Source: Dehalococcoidia bacterium
Lineage (GTDB): Bacteria; Chloroflexota; Dehalococcoidia; DSTF01; WHTK01
Reading direction: 5' to 3'
Length of the DNA: 64,000 nt
Assembly: GCA_965197795.1 (NCBI GenBank)
Contig: OZ240228.1
Location: 813,128-877,127 of the forward strand
Part shown: positions 9,461 through 19,395 of the stretch, piece after piece
How the letters are laid out: each line of letters opens with the position of its first letter
How positions within the stretch are numbered: position 1 is the first letter of the stretch
Made by a program: the position numbers and the translations under genes
The notes under the pieces: generated by a model
Databases searched by the model: none
What the model saw: only the letters and a program-made list of their open reading frames with translations
Told to the model about the DNA's origin: nothing

Positions 9461-10267
9461 CTACCCGGCGTTGACGGGGTGATGAATCGCGCCCCATTCG
9501 GAATCCGGCAGGCGCAGAAACTGCCAGCCGGCTGGCGCCTCGGGTAGGCCCAGGTCAGGAGACGCCTGCCAAGACGTCCAGGTATCGTCGAAGGGCGGCT
9601 TGGCGGCCTCGATCAGGCCGATGACCTCGCGGACGTGGGCGTGCAGGAGGTCGGCTTCTTCTCGCGTGTAAATGCCTCGGGCGACGAAGTGCTCCATCTG
9701 GTCGGCGTCCTTGATCGCGTAGCTGCGATCCGGCCGCACGACGATGTCCAGCACTTCGTCGGTGACGTCGAAGCCAAGCTCGGTGCCCTGGAATGGTGCG
9801 ATGATGTCGACTTTCCAGCCGTAGAAGTGGCCGGTGACTGGTTCGGCTGGGGACGGCTTGTCATCGAACAGCCGGCCGCTACCGACCCGACTCAGCTCTA
9901 CGTCGTAGCCGTGTGAGGGCTCACCGAGGAAGAAGTAGCGGACCCAGGGAGCCGGCCCGCTGCCGGATTCGAAGAACAGGTCGACGTGATAAGGCTTGCC
10001 GGGAAAGAGGAGCCTCAGCGAGTCGCCGATGGTCACGCGCGGCTGGCGCATACGCTGCTCCACGATGTCCCAACGCCAGAGCTTCGTGCCCTGCGGCAGG
10101 TAGAGCGCAACGATTTCGTCGCTATCCTCGACAACCGAGTACGGCCAGCCGGGCAGGTTGGCGATAGTGTCACCCCTGATCGCGGTGTAAACGCGAGTCG
10201 AGCGCGTTTGCAGCGGATCGCGCAGGATGATGTTGTCGCCTGGTTGCCAGCCGTCGTGCATATCCAA
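9461..10267 (-). CDS. DUF402 family protein (FomD/YgaC-like nucleoside diphosphatase fold)
   Basis: 268-aa ORF with DUF402-like core (WKVDIIAPFQGTELGFDVTDEVLDIVVRPDRSY...). Assigned from recalled family features, not a search. Confidence 0.5.
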   Translation of the reverse strand: MDMHDGWQPGDNIILRDPLQTRSTRVYTAIRGDTIANLPGWPYSVVEDSDEIVALYLPQGTKLWRWDIVEQRMRQPRVTIGDSLRLLFPGKPYHVDLFFESGSGPAPWVRYFFLGEPSHGYDVELSRVGSGRLFDDKPSPAEPVTGHFYGWKVDIIAPFQGTELGFDVTDEVLDIVVRPDRSYAIKDADQMEHFVARGIYTREEADLLHAHVREVIGLIEAAKPPFDDTWTSWQASPDLGLPEAPAGWQFLRLPDSEWGAIHHPVNAG

Positions 10268-10313
10268 AGTCTAGGCCCGAATGCAGAAATGTCGTAGGCC
10301 GCTTGACTTCTTA

Positions 10314-10323
10314 GAACATGTTT
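10314..10323. promoter_or_regulatory. candidate LexA/Cheo-type SOS box (GAACATGTTT) between a -35-like TTGACT (10304-10309) and the dinB start
   Basis: GAAC-N4-GTTt palindrome with one mismatch to GAAC-N4-GTTC, about 20 bp upstream of dinB. DinB is classically LexA-regulated. Confidence 0.4.
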
Positions 10324-10343
10324 GCTATTGCTGATGCGCGGTG

Positions 10344-11567
10344 ATGCGGCAGATATTCCACGTAGACCTGGACGCCTTCTTCGTGGCCGTGGAGCAGGCG
10401 CGCGACCCGTCACTCCTCGGCAAGCCGGTCATCGTGGGCGGCGACCCGAGCGGGCGAGGCGTCGTAGCGACGGCCTCGTACGAAGCGCGCGTCTTCGGCG
10501 TTCACTCGGCGATGCCGTTGCGCACGGCGAAACGTCTGGCGCCGCAGGCGATCTTCCTGCGCGGCACTTTCAAGGAGTATCAGCGAGTATCGAGCGCCTT
10601 CCACGCGATTCTCAGCCAATACAGCCCGCTGGTGGAGTCGGGTGGTCTGGACGAGGCATATATCGACATAACGGGCTGTGAGCCCCTCGTCGGCACACCC
10701 GATCAGGCGGCTGCCACGATGAGGCGCCGTATTCAAGAGGAGCTTCATATCGCGGCCTCGGTGGGCATCGCGACCAGCCGGCTGGTCGCGAAAGTGGCCT
10801 CGGACGCTGCCAAGCCGGACGGCGTCAAACGCGTGCCGGAAGGTGAAGAGGCGGCGTTCCTGGCGCCGATGCCGCTGAGTGCGCTGCCGATGCTGGGACC
10901 GTCTATGGAGAAGAAGCTGGCACAGCTCGGGTTGAGCACGCTGGGCCAGCTGGCGTCTCTACCGGTCTCAACTCTGGAGGGCCTGTTCGGAAGACACGGC
11001 GCGGTGATCTGGCAGCGCAGCCACGGCATCGATGCGTCGCCGGTAGGCGGCGAACCACACTCGCGATCGATCAGCCGCGAGGGTACTTTCGGCTCAGACG
11101 TCAGCGACCCCGAGCACCTGCGCGCGGTCTTGCGCGCTTTCAGCGAGAGCGTCGGCTCGCAGCTCCGGCAGCAGGGAAAGCGGGCTCGTACGGTCACTTT
11201 GAAGCTGCGCTATGAGGACTTCACGACCCTGTCGCGTAGCAAGACAATGGCCCGGCCTGTCAGCAGCAACGAGGCGATTTTCGAGGCGGCGGATGCATTG
11301 TTGGCAAGGATTCGTCAGACGGAGAAGCGCCCGGTGCGGCTGATCGGCGTTGGGGCCAGCGGGCTGGTCGAGGACGTCGTGCAGTTGAGCCTGGAGCCAT
11401 CGGACGAGACGAAGTCGGAATCGCTCAGCGAGGCGTTCGACCGGGTGCGGTCGAAGTACGGCACGCGCAGCCTGCAGACCGGCCGGACCGCCTTCGACGG
11501 CGCAACCCGGAGCGATGACGCGGTGTTCGACCGCAGCACCGGCCTGTCGTCCCAGATGGACCACTGA
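10344..11567 (+). CDS. dinB: DNA polymerase IV (Y-family)
   Basis: MRQIFHVDLDAFFVAVEQ...PVIVGG...SYEAR.FGV...GLDEAYID...SVGIA. RLVAK.ASD..KP is canonical DinB. Confidence 0.85.
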   Translation: MRQIFHVDLDAFFVAVEQARDPSLLGKPVIVGGDPSGRGVVATASYEARVFGVHSAMPLRTAKRLAPQAIFLRGTFKEYQRVSSAFHAILSQYSPLVESGGLDEAYIDITGCEPLVGTPDQAAATMRRRIQEELHIAASVGIATSRLVAKVASDAAKPDGVKRVPEGEEAAFLAPMPLSALPMLGPSMEKKLAQLGLSTLGQLASLPVSTLEGLFGRHGAVIWQRSHGIDASPVGGEPHSRSISREGTFGSDVSDPEHLRAVLRAFSESVGSQLRQQGKRARTVTLKLRYEDFTTLSRSKTMARPVSSNEAIFEAADALLARIRQTEKRPVRLIGVGASGLVEDVVQLSLEPSDETKSESLSEAFDRVRSKYGTRSLQTGRTAFDGATRSDDAVFDRSTGLSSQMDH

Positions 11568-11647
11568 GCCGTGCTTCTGGTAGCGCGAGGGCCTAAAATG
11601 GTTCTTGATTCGAGCTCGAAGGGTCGCGGTTTACGAGGGGAAATGTA

Positions 11648-12298
11648 GTGGAAGCCACTCCAGGCTCGTCACGCAGCCGCAGCGGAAGCTGGGTTAGCTT
11701 GCGGCGCGCTTGCGAGATTCTCGGCGCAGATGAGTCCACGCTGCGGCGCTGGGCTGACGCCGGAAGGCTGCGGATCTACCGGACGCCTGGAGGGCATCGG
11801 CGCTTCTCACTCGGTGACCTGGAGAGCATGGTGTCGGGTGAAGGCCGGCATCATGGCGCCGAGGAAGTGGAGCGACTTGCGGTCGCGCGGATCAGAAAAC
11901 AGCTGCAGCGGGCGCGAGAGGACGATCAGGGCTGGTACGGCCATATCCCAGAAGAGAGCCGGCAGCGGCTGCGCGACCTTGGCAGACGCCTGGTCGAGAT
12001 GGCCAGCGAGTACATGGAGAAGGGGACGCGGCGCAGCAGCCTGCTCGATGAAGCCCTTGACGTCGGCCGCGAGTACGGCCGCATCCTGATCGAGGCCGGA
12101 TTGCCGCTGCCCAGCGCCGTCGGCGCCTACATCGGCTTCCGCAAGACGATTGATGAGACGACGAACCAGACAGCTCTGCGTGAGTCGCTGCCGGTGGAGG
12201 AAGCGCTGTCCGCATCAGGGCACGTGCACGCGCTCGGCGACCAGGTGCTCCTGGGGATGACGGCGGCGTATGAGGCGCTGTCGGCTAACGGGGAATGA
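11648..12298 (+). CDS. helix-turn-helix (MerR/excisionase-type) DNA-binding regulator with an uncharacterised C-terminal domain
   Basis: N-terminal VSLRRACEILGADESTLRRWADAGRL..YRTPGGHRRF is an HTH_17-like motif. Confidence 0.5.
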   Translation: MEATPGSSRSRSGSWVSLRRACEILGADESTLRRWADAGRLRIYRTPGGHRRFSLGDLESMVSGEGRHHGAEEVERLAVARIRKQLQRAREDDQGWYGHIPEESRQRLRDLGRRLVEMASEYMEKGTRRSSLLDEALDVGREYGRILIEAGLPLPSAVGAYIGFRKTIDETTNQTALRESLPVEEALSASGHVHALGDQVLLGMTAAYEALSANGE

Positions 12299-12672
12299 CG
12301 TGACGAACGGACGATCGCGCCGCGGCCGGGGTTCGATGAACGGCAGAGAGCGAAAGCTTGTCAGCGACCTCTCGCAGCCGAACTCAATGATGGCTGGGCG
12401 GACGAGGGAGATAGGGCAAAGAGCCCGAAAGGACCTCGAGAACCAGATCAACGCGGAGCCGTTCGAAGAACTGACGGATTCCGAGCTGAATGACTGGGAG
12501 CGGGATCAGGCCATCGCCAGAGAACGCATGAGGCGCGAGGGTCTGATCTGAGCTGATTTAGGTAATCGGGACAATCACGCAGGACGGATTGGAAGTTGTT
12601 CGACGCGAGCCAGCTTCCAGAATAGTCGGCTTCTTCTTAGCTTCTAGACGCGACTCACGATAAGCTAAGCGG

Positions 12673-13524
12673 GTGAACCAGGGCGCGATAATCGAAGCCG
12701 TGGCGTTCGACTGCTACGGCACGCTGATCGACTTCGGCGATGAGGCTTACATTCGCGCCTATGGCACCATCTGCCGTGATCAGGGCCTTTCGCTCACCGG
12801 CGAGGTGCTGTATCAGAAGTGGATGGAGATCTGGCGCCGGCTGGTCGATGACGGACGTCTGGCGGCCACAACCGACGCTGTTCCGGGGCCCAATACGCCG
12901 GGCGCGCTGAGTGAGACGGTCCAGATCCCACCGCATCAGCAGCACCACGCCGCCAGGAGCCGCAATCGCCCGATCGACGGGCCCGTGCCGCCGTTCCGTA
13001 GCTACCGCGAGGAGTGGACGGAGCATTTCGCGTTGTGCTTTGAGGAGCTCGGCGTGCAGGGCGACGCGGCGGCCGGCCACGAGCATCTGCGCCGAATGCT
13101 GGCGGAGGCGCCTGCTTTCGAGGAGGCGCTACGCACCGTCGAGACCATCGGCCGCAAGCTACCCGTGGCAATGATGTCGAACGCGGATGACGACTTCCTG
13201 TTCCCCGCGTTGGGCCGAAACGCCTTGACCTTCCCCGTCGTCCTGTCCTCCGAAGAAGCGCGCGCCTACAAACCACACCGGTCGATCTTCGAGCTACTTA
13301 GCGAGCGCCTGGGCGTTGCGCCGCAGAACATCCTCTACGTCGGAGATAGCCTGGTCGCCGACGTGAACGGTTCGAGGAACGCCGGCATGCGCGCTGCCTG
13401 GATCAACCGATCTGTTGATAGCAAGGACGCCAGCGACTGGGCCGGTATGGGACGTGATACGGCGGAGCCCGACTGCGAGGTCAGGCGCCTCGACGGGTTG
13501 ATCGAAGCGCTCGAGCTGCGATGA
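12673..13524 (+). CDS. HAD-superfamily hydrolase
   Basis: Motif I AVAFDCYGTLID and motif IV YVGDSLVADVNGSRNAGM. Confidence 0.65.
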   Translation: MNQGAIIEAVAFDCYGTLIDFGDEAYIRAYGTICRDQGLSLTGEVLYQKWMEIWRRLVDDGRLAATTDAVPGPNTPGALSETVQIPPHQQHHAARSRNRPIDGPVPPFRSYREEWTEHFALCFEELGVQGDAAAGHEHLRRMLAEAPAFEEALRTVETIGRKLPVAMMSNADDDFLFPALGRNALTFPVVLSSEEARAYKPHRSIFELLSERLGVAPQNILYVGDSLVADVNGSRNAGMRAAWINRSVDSKDASDWAGMGRDTAEPDCEVRRLDGLIEALELR

Positions 13525-14810
13525 AGCGAAAGACGGAACGTTCGCGGCAGGTCTTCGAGGAGGCCCAGCGTTATATGCCAGGCGGCGTCAACAGCCCCGT
13601 GCGCTCCTTCCGAGGCGTCGGCGGCGATCCCGTTGTCGTGGCGTCCGCAGCGGGTGCTCGGATCACTGACGCCGACGGCAATTCGTATATCGACTACTGC
13701 GGCTCCTGGGGACCGCTGATCCTGGGGCACGCGGACCGCGAGGTCGTCGATGCGGTCCAGCGAGCCGCCGCCAGAGGCTTGACCTACGGCGCCGCGACCG
13801 AGGCAGAGGTGGAGCTGGCTCGGCTCGTCTGCCAGTACGTGCCGTCGATCGAGATGGTGCGCTTTGTAAGCTCCGGTACAGAGGCGACGATGTCAGCGAT
13901 CCGCGTGGCGCGCGGGCATACCGGCCGCAGCAAGATCGTCAAGTTCGAGGGCTGCTACCACGGTCACGCCGACGGGCTGCTGGTCCAGGCCGGCTCCGGC
14001 GTCGCCACGCTCTCGTTACCGGATAGCGCAGGCGTGCCAGCCTCGTACGCAGGCGAGACGCTGGTAGCGCCCTACAACGATATCGAGGCCGTCAGCGCTT
14101 TGTTCGAGCGCTGGGGCGATGAGATCGCGGCGGTGATTGTCGAACCGGTCGCGGCGAACATGGGTGTGGTGCCGCCCGCCGCCGGTTTCCTCGAGATGCT
14201 GCGCACCTACTGCAGCGATAACGGGGCGCTGCTGATCTTCGACGAGGTGATCACGGGCTTTCGAGCCGGGCTCGGCGGGTACCAGGCGTATGCCGGCGTC
14301 ATGCCGGACCTCACTTGCCTGGGCAAGGTGGTGGGGGGCGGGATGCCCGTTGGGGCCTATGGCGGCCGGCGCGAGGTCATGCAGCAGGTGGCGCCCTTGG
14401 GCCCCGTCTACCAGGCGGGCACGCTTTCGGGCAACCCGTTGGCGATGGCGGCAGGCATCGCGACCCTGACACGACTGGCGCAACCAGACTTCTACGAGAC
14501 GCTGGACGCGAAAGCATCACGACTGGCGGATGGCATAGCGGCGGCGATTGCCCGCCATGAAGTTCCAGCAAGGCTCAGCAGGGTTGGCTCGATGATGACG
14601 CTTTTCTTCGCCGCAGAAGCCCCTCATGACTACGCGAGCGCACGCCAAGCCGACGCTCAGGCATACGCTCGCTTCTTCCACGCGTTGCTGGACGCCGGAG
14701 TGTACTTCCCGCCCTCGCAGTTCGAGGCGGCGTTCGTGTCGGCGGCGCACAGCGATTCGGACATCGACACGACGATCGCTGCGGTCGACGCTGCCCTTGG
14801 GGTGGACTGA
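13521..14810 (+). CDS. hemL: glutamate-1-semialdehyde 2,1-aminomutase
   Basis: YMPGGVNSPVR..R.VGG.P......G.R..D.DGN.Y.DY..SWGP...GH, with SGTEA and LIFDEV..GFR motifs. Confidence 0.9.
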   Translation: MKRKTERSRQVFEEAQRYMPGGVNSPVRSFRGVGGDPVVVASAAGARITDADGNSYIDYCGSWGPLILGHADREVVDAVQRAAARGLTYGAATEAEVELARLVCQYVPSIEMVRFVSSGTEATMSAIRVARGHTGRSKIVKFEGCYHGHADGLLVQAGSGVATLSLPDSAGVPASYAGETLVAPYNDIEAVSALFERWGDEIAAVIVEPVAANMGVVPPAAGFLEMLRTYCSDNGALLIFDEVITGFRAGLGGYQAYAGVMPDLTCLGKVVGGGMPVGAYGGRREVMQQVAPLGPVYQAGTLSGNPLAMAAGIATLTRLAQPDFYETLDAKASRLADGIAAAIARHEVPARLSRVGSMMTLFFAAEAPHDYASARQADAQAYARFFHALLDAGVYFPPSQFEAAFVSAAHSDSDIDTTIAAVDAALGVD

Positions 14811-15292
14811 TGGCGCGTTGGGCCGACGTAGAAGCGGCGGACGCCGGCTTCGCGGCCGCGGTGCGGTCTCTGTTCGACGCGCACGTCCACAAGGTCATGG
14901 CGACCATACGGGCCGACGGCTCGCCTCGAGTCAGCGGTATTGAAGTGACGTTCTCCGATGGCGACATTTGGTTCGGGTCGATGGCAGACGCGCGAAAGCT
15001 GGACGACCTGACGCGCGACCCGCGCCTCGCGCTGCACTGTACGCCGGACGACCCTCCGCCGGATCCGACCCTGTGGAGCGGCGATGCGAAGCTATCCGGG
15101 CGCGCTGAGGAGGTGGACGACACGGAGCGCCTGAAGTCGATGGGTGACGGTGGCGATGGCGCGTCTACCGGCCGCTTGTTCCACGTCGACCTAAGCGAGG
15201 TCGTCCTGACCAGGGTGGGGGACCCGCCAGACCATCTTGCCGTGACGCTCTGGACGCCGGAGGGCGGCATCAAACGTCTCCAGAGCCACTGA
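14810..15292 (+). CDS. pyridoxamine 5'-phosphate oxidase family (PPOX class, probably F420/FMN-binding) protein
   Basis: 160-aa ORF with PPOX split-barrel-like segments (MATIRADGSPRVSGIEVTF.DGDIWFGS). Weak assignment. Confidence 0.5.
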   Translation: MARWADVEAADAGFAAAVRSLFDAHVHKVMATIRADGSPRVSGIEVTFSDGDIWFGSMADARKLDDLTRDPRLALHCTPDDPPPDPTLWSGDAKLSGRAEEVDDTERLKSMGDGGDGASTGRLFHVDLSEVVLTRVGDPPDHLAVTLWTPEGGIKRLQSH

Positions 15293-15419
15293 CGGAGGGC
15301 TTCCCGCGGCGTTCGCGGCAGGGCTTGGACGGTTGATCGATTTTCGCTTGTCCGCGACTTCGAGCCGGTCTATACTTCCCTCAATCTTTAGTAAATTGCT
15401 TAGCTACGTGAGCGAATAA

Positions 15420-16553
15420 ATGAAAGTCACCTGCACTCAGGAAGCCCTTTCGCGCGGACTCAGCGTTGTTGGCAGGGCGGTCGCTGCACGCAGCACCCTG
15501 CCGATTACGTCTCACGTTTTGATCACGACTGAGGATGACGGGAAGCTACGCCTCTCGGCCACCAATCTCGAGATCACGATGAACTACTGGATCGACGCGG
15601 AGATAGGCGAGCCGGGTTCGGCGGCGGTGCCGGCGCGACTGCTGACCGACTTCGTAAACACGCTGCCGTCCGACCGAATCACGTTGGAGCTGTCGCCTCG
15701 GTCTCGACAGCTTAAGGTCGAGTGCGCGCGTAACGAGGCCCAGATCAGCGGCCTCGACGCGGAGGATTTCCCGCCCACGCCGGTCGTCCAGGACGGCATC
15801 GAAGTCCAGTTGGAGGCGAAAGGCCTGCGTCAGGCGATCGCTCAGACCGTGTTCGCAGCGGCAACGGACGATTCGCGGCCCGTGCTCACCGGCGTCGACA
15901 CGAAATTCGACGACAACCTGCTGACGCTGGCGGCCTCGGACGGATTCCGGCTTTCCGTCTACAAGCTGCCCCTGGCAGCATCGGTGGAAGCAACAGAGAT
16001 CGTCGTGCCATCACGCGCGCTCTCAGAACTGAGCCGTCTGCTGGCCGAGCAAGACGAAGCGGTGACGCTGCGAACGAACGCGGCGAAGACGCAGGTGCTG
16101 TTTCGCTTGGCCAACGCCGAAATGGTGGCGCAGCTGATTCAAGGCACGTTCCCCAACTTCAACCAGCTGATTCCGCCTAGCTCCACCAGTCGCGCCGTGG
16201 CGGAGGTGGGCGAATTCTTGCGCGAGACGCGGACGGCCTCGGTGTTCGCCCGCGACGGTTCTGGGATTGTGCGTCTCGTGGTTACGCCAGGGCAGGGTGT
16301 GACGCCCGGCAAGATCGTAATCTCGGCACGCGCCGAAGAAGTGGGCGATAACGAGGGCGAGATCGACGCGGCCGTCGAAGGCGAGGGCGTGAAGATCGCG
16401 TTCAACGGCAAGTACTTGCAAGACGTCCTGCAGGCCCTCGAGACCGGGCAGCTCGCGATGGAGACGACGGGTCCCTCCAGCCAGGGCGTCTTCAAGACGC
16501 TAGGAGACGACAACTACGTCCACGTCATCATGCCGATGTTCGTTCAATGGTGA
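15420..16553 (+). CDS. dnaN: DNA polymerase III beta subunit (sliding clamp)
   Basis: 377 aa with three-domain clamp signatures (LRLSATNLEI, TGVDTKFDDNLLTLAASDGFRLS, IAFNGKYLQDVLQAL). Confidence 0.85.
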   Translation: MKVTCTQEALSRGLSVVGRAVAARSTLPITSHVLITTEDDGKLRLSATNLEITMNYWIDAEIGEPGSAAVPARLLTDFVNTLPSDRITLELSPRSRQLKVECARNEAQISGLDAEDFPPTPVVQDGIEVQLEAKGLRQAIAQTVFAAATDDSRPVLTGVDTKFDDNLLTLAASDGFRLSVYKLPLAASVEATEIVVPSRALSELSRLLAEQDEAVTLRTNAAKTQVLFRLANAEMVAQLIQGTFPNFNQLIPPSSTSRAVAEVGEFLRETRTASVFARDGSGIVRLVVTPGQGVTPGKIVISARAEEVGDNEGEIDAAVEGEGVKIAFNGKYLQDVLQALETGQLAMETTGPSSQGVFKTLGDDNYVHVIMPMFVQW

Positions 16554-18086
16554 TAAACCGACGCGAGGTTTTGGGACCTGCGAGTCGTCCAATGGCAGCA
16601 CTCCGGCAACCGTCGCCCGCTCCTGGGTCGCCGTCACGCTGACCTGGAGCGCTTCCAGAATCTGCTCGCGGTCGCGCTCGCTGGCTCGATCGAGCCAGGC
16701 TCCGACCGCCGTGCAGGCCGAGTGCAATGCCGCTTCGTCCATGGCTCCGTAGGCTGACGCGTCTAGTGGCTGTAGCGACTTGAGCCGCTCGGTGATCACC
16801 TCCTGCTGCCGCCGGATGTCGGCCAGTTCAGTCTCGACCACGTCCTCATTGACTTCGCCGTAGCCGAACAGGCGCACGAGCCGTGCCTCCCGCTTCTTGA
16901 GCGATTTGAGCTGGGCGTCTAGGCGACCGGCCTCTTCGGGGTCGGTGTCGGAGTCCGCCGAGCGTGTGAGCTCGCGAAGCACCACCTCCGGCGAGGCGAG
17001 CAGCCGCCGCATCTCGGTCCAGGCTCCCGCCTCCAGGGCGTCGGCCCTCACGTAGCGCCCCGAGCATTCGCGCCCGGTGTTGGTGTCGTAGGAGTGGTGG
17101 CAGCGATAGTAGCTGTACTCGCGCCCCTTGCTCTTAAGCGTCTGGCCGACCATGGCGCCGCTGCAGATCCCACAGCGGGCCCGCCCGCCCAGAGCGTAGT
17201 GGCGGTGGGTGCCCTGCCGCCGCGCTCGCTCCGGATCATGGAGGATCGTCTGCACGCGGCGCCATATGGCGGCGTCGATGATCGGGGGCGAGGCTCCGGG
17301 TACCGCAATGTGCTCGTCGAGCGGTCGCTCGATGACCTCGCTGCGGCGCCGGCCGTTTGCGGCGCGTGAGCTAACGCGCTTTGTGCGCCGGTAGACGGTG
17401 TGGCCGGTGTAGGTCTCGTTTGTCAGCACGCGCCGGATGGTGAGCGGGTACCAGCGGCCACCGGCCAGCGCCGGGATGGCAGCCTCGTTAAGCTCGCGTG
17501 AGACCGCCGAGAAGCTCCTCGTCTCGGAGTAGCGCTCGAAGATGCGCCGCACGACGGTCGCCTGGAACGGCTCGAGCTCGCGCTGACCCGTTGCCTGCTC
17601 ATAGGTGTAGCCATAGCAACCGGCTCCGGTCCCCTGCGGCAGGCGGCCCGACCGCGCCCGCTCCACCTTGCCGCGCATTGTTCGCTCAGCAATCTTCTCC
17701 CGCTCGAACTCGGCGGCAAACGCCTTAACCGATCGCAGGAGCTGACCCGTCGCGGTGTCCTCGAAGTTCTCGGTCACGAACTGAAGAGAGACTCCACGCT
17801 CCTCCATCTCCTCGACGAGGATGGCTACGTGAGTCTGCTTTCTGCTGAGCCGGTCAAGGGCATAGGAGAGGACCACGTCAACCATCGCCTTTGCGGCCAA
17901 GGCCCGAACCTCGGTTAAGCCAGAACGCTCAAGACTGAATCCGCTGGCTGAGTCCCTAACAGTCCCCTCCACCGTCCAGCCATTCTTCTCGGCCAGCGCA
18001 AGACAGGCCCTCTCCTGGGTATCGAGCGAGGTGCCTTTACGTTCCTGAGCATCGGTTGAAACACGGCTGTAGATCACGCACTGCAT
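16500..18086 (-). CDS. large serine recombinase (serine integrase)
   Basis: N-terminal resolvase catalytic domain MQCVIYSRVSTDAQ...SLDTQ. Recombinase domain and zinc ribbon (CGICSGAM...YYRCHH) follow, with a coiled-coil C-terminus. Its 3' end overlaps the dnaN 3' end by 54 nt on the opposite strand. Confidence 0.85.
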   Translation of the reverse strand: MQCVIYSRVSTDAQERKGTSLDTQERACLALAEKNGWTVEGTVRDSASGFSLERSGLTEVRALAAKAMVDVVLSYALDRLSRKQTHVAILVEEMEERGVSLQFVTENFEDTATGQLLRSVKAFAAEFEREKIAERTMRGKVERARSGRLPQGTGAGCYGYTYEQATGQRELEPFQATVVRRIFERYSETRSFSAVSRELNEAAIPALAGGRWYPLTIRRVLTNETYTGHTVYRRTKRVSSRAANGRRRSEVIERPLDEHIAVPGASPPIIDAAIWRRVQTILHDPERARRQGTHRHYALGGRARCGICSGAMVGQTLKSKGREYSYYRCHHSYDTNTGRECSGRYVRADALEAGAWTEMRRLLASPEVVLRELTRSADSDTDPEEAGRLDAQLKSLKKREARLVRLFGYGEVNEDVVETELADIRRQQEVITERLKSLQPLDASAYGAMDEAALHSACTAVGAWLDRASERDREQILEALQVSVTATQERATVAGVLPLDDSQVPKPRVGLSPLNEHRHDDVDVVVVS

Positions 18087-18113
18087 TGATCCCTCGAATC
18101 CTCACTCTTCCAA

Positions 18114-18347
18114 TCAACGAGGCCGGCTGCCGCGACGCCGCCAGTCTTCGAGTTCCTTCTTCGCATTTCTGCCGCCAGGGCCGAATCTATGGCGACTCAG
18201 GAACTCGGGAACTCCTCCGTATTCAAGAAGAATCACTGCGGATTCGGCCACCTTGTCATGACCGGCCAGAAAGAAAGAGCCACGGCGGGCCTCCTTGCCA
18301 CAACCACACCAGCAATACCCGGTCGGGATCAAACGTTGGCCTGTCAT
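18114..18347 (-). CDS. small Cys-rich hypothetical protein (GYCWCGCG...FLAGHDK)
   Basis: ATG at 18347 preceded by AAGG. The short zinc-ribbon-like motif resembles small accessory ORFs of recombinase modules. Confidence 0.3.
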   Translation of the reverse strand: MTGQRLIPTGYCWCGCGKEARRGSFFLAGHDKVAESAVILLEYGGVPEFLSRHRFGPGGRNAKKELEDWRRRGSRPR

Positions 18348-18396
18348 CCTTGAACCTCTTTCTTGAATTGTATGCAAGCATGCTATCCACGCCACG

Positions 18397-19395
18397 TCAA
18401 GCGTCTCGGGCAGCATCAAGGGCTTCTTGTGCATGAAGCTGATCATGCCGATGAAGCATCCGGTCAATGGATGCGGCACGGCGTCGCCCTAGTACTAGTC
18501 GGATCGAATGGTCGTCAAAGTCCATGCTTCGCAACCATGCGGCAAGCGTGGCCACTAGTTGCGGACGAGTCGCCTTCGGCCAGCCTGCAAGCACGCAACT
18601 TGCCCGGAGACTATCCCGGAAGGCTCTTTCTGAGAGTCCTGCGTCGGAAGGACGACCTCGAAGGACGAAGGCATCTCGGTCAAGCCCGGAAGCCAGTCCG
18701 TGCTTCAGCAGCGACTGCGCACCTGGTCCGACCACGAAGACAGTAACCCGATGCCCTCGCCGCATGACCTTAGCTTCCCAATACGGGGTCAGGCCGTCAT
18801 CGTGCCACGTTAGGTCTCGCCATCTGAGCTCACACATCTCCTTCACATCGATCCCGCTAAAACATGCCAACGCAGCAATTGCACCTGAGATCGGGGTCCG
18901 GGTGATCCCGGCATTCAAGATGTGCTCCAAGGCGTCGGCAGTTGGTGTTGGCCCCGGCATGCGTCGCCGACTTCTGGAGCCGGGTACGGACACGCCCGCG
19001 TCGTACCAGCCCTTGACCGCTTTCTTGGGAAGAGCAGCCTGGAACATCCGCACTCGCTGGCGCCCAAGGTAAGGCGATACACCCATCATGAGGAATCGCT
19101 GAAAGGCGCGGATGCGCGTGAGTACGGTGGCCATTCCAAGCCCCTTACTCGCCTTCTCAATTAGCATCGCGGCCGCCTCGGGATCGCCACGGAGTTCTCG
19201 AAGGCTGACGCTGGTCAATTCCTCCGACAGACGCGCAAGACTCCGAAGCTGAGAAACCTCCGAAGCTACCGTAGAGGCTGCTCCGCCCAGGTCTCTGCGC
19301 CACGTCTGGAAGACAGACAACTCTTCAAGGGATGGAACAGACAGCGGGACCGCAGGGCCAGGTTGGAAAAGTTTCCCTTGAGCATCCATGCTCAC
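18397..19395 (-). CDS. tyrosine-recombinase-like protein (no catalytic Tyr found in its C-terminal region); second gene of a tandem pair
   Basis: 332 aa. Its start overlaps the upstream recombinase stop by 4 nt. It has an integrase-like fold with R..H..R-like residues but no C-terminal Tyr. Possibly a degenerate or accessory paralog. Confidence 0.45.
   Translation of the reverse strand: MSMDAQGKLFQPGPAVPLSVPSLEELSVFQTWRRDLGGAASTVASEVSQLRSLARLSEELTSVSLRELRGDPEAAAMLIEKASKGLGMATVLTRIRAFQRFLMMGVSPYLGRQRVRMFQAALPKKAVKGWYDAGVSVPGSRSRRRMPGPTPTADALEHILNAGITRTPISGAIAALACFSGIDVKEMCELRWRDLTWHDDGLTPYWEAKVMRRGHRVTVFVVGPGAQSLLKHGLASGLDRDAFVLRGRPSDAGLSERAFRDSLRASCVLAGWPKATRPQLVATLAAWLRSMDFDDHSIRLVLGRRRAASIDRMLHRHDQLHAQEALDAARDA

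Noticed and set aside
15420-16553. dnaN as a second or accessory clamp gene belonging to the island
   Set aside because: It sits co-linear with core genes (hemL, PPOX). The recombinase module starts only at its 3' end, so it is treated as chromosomal.
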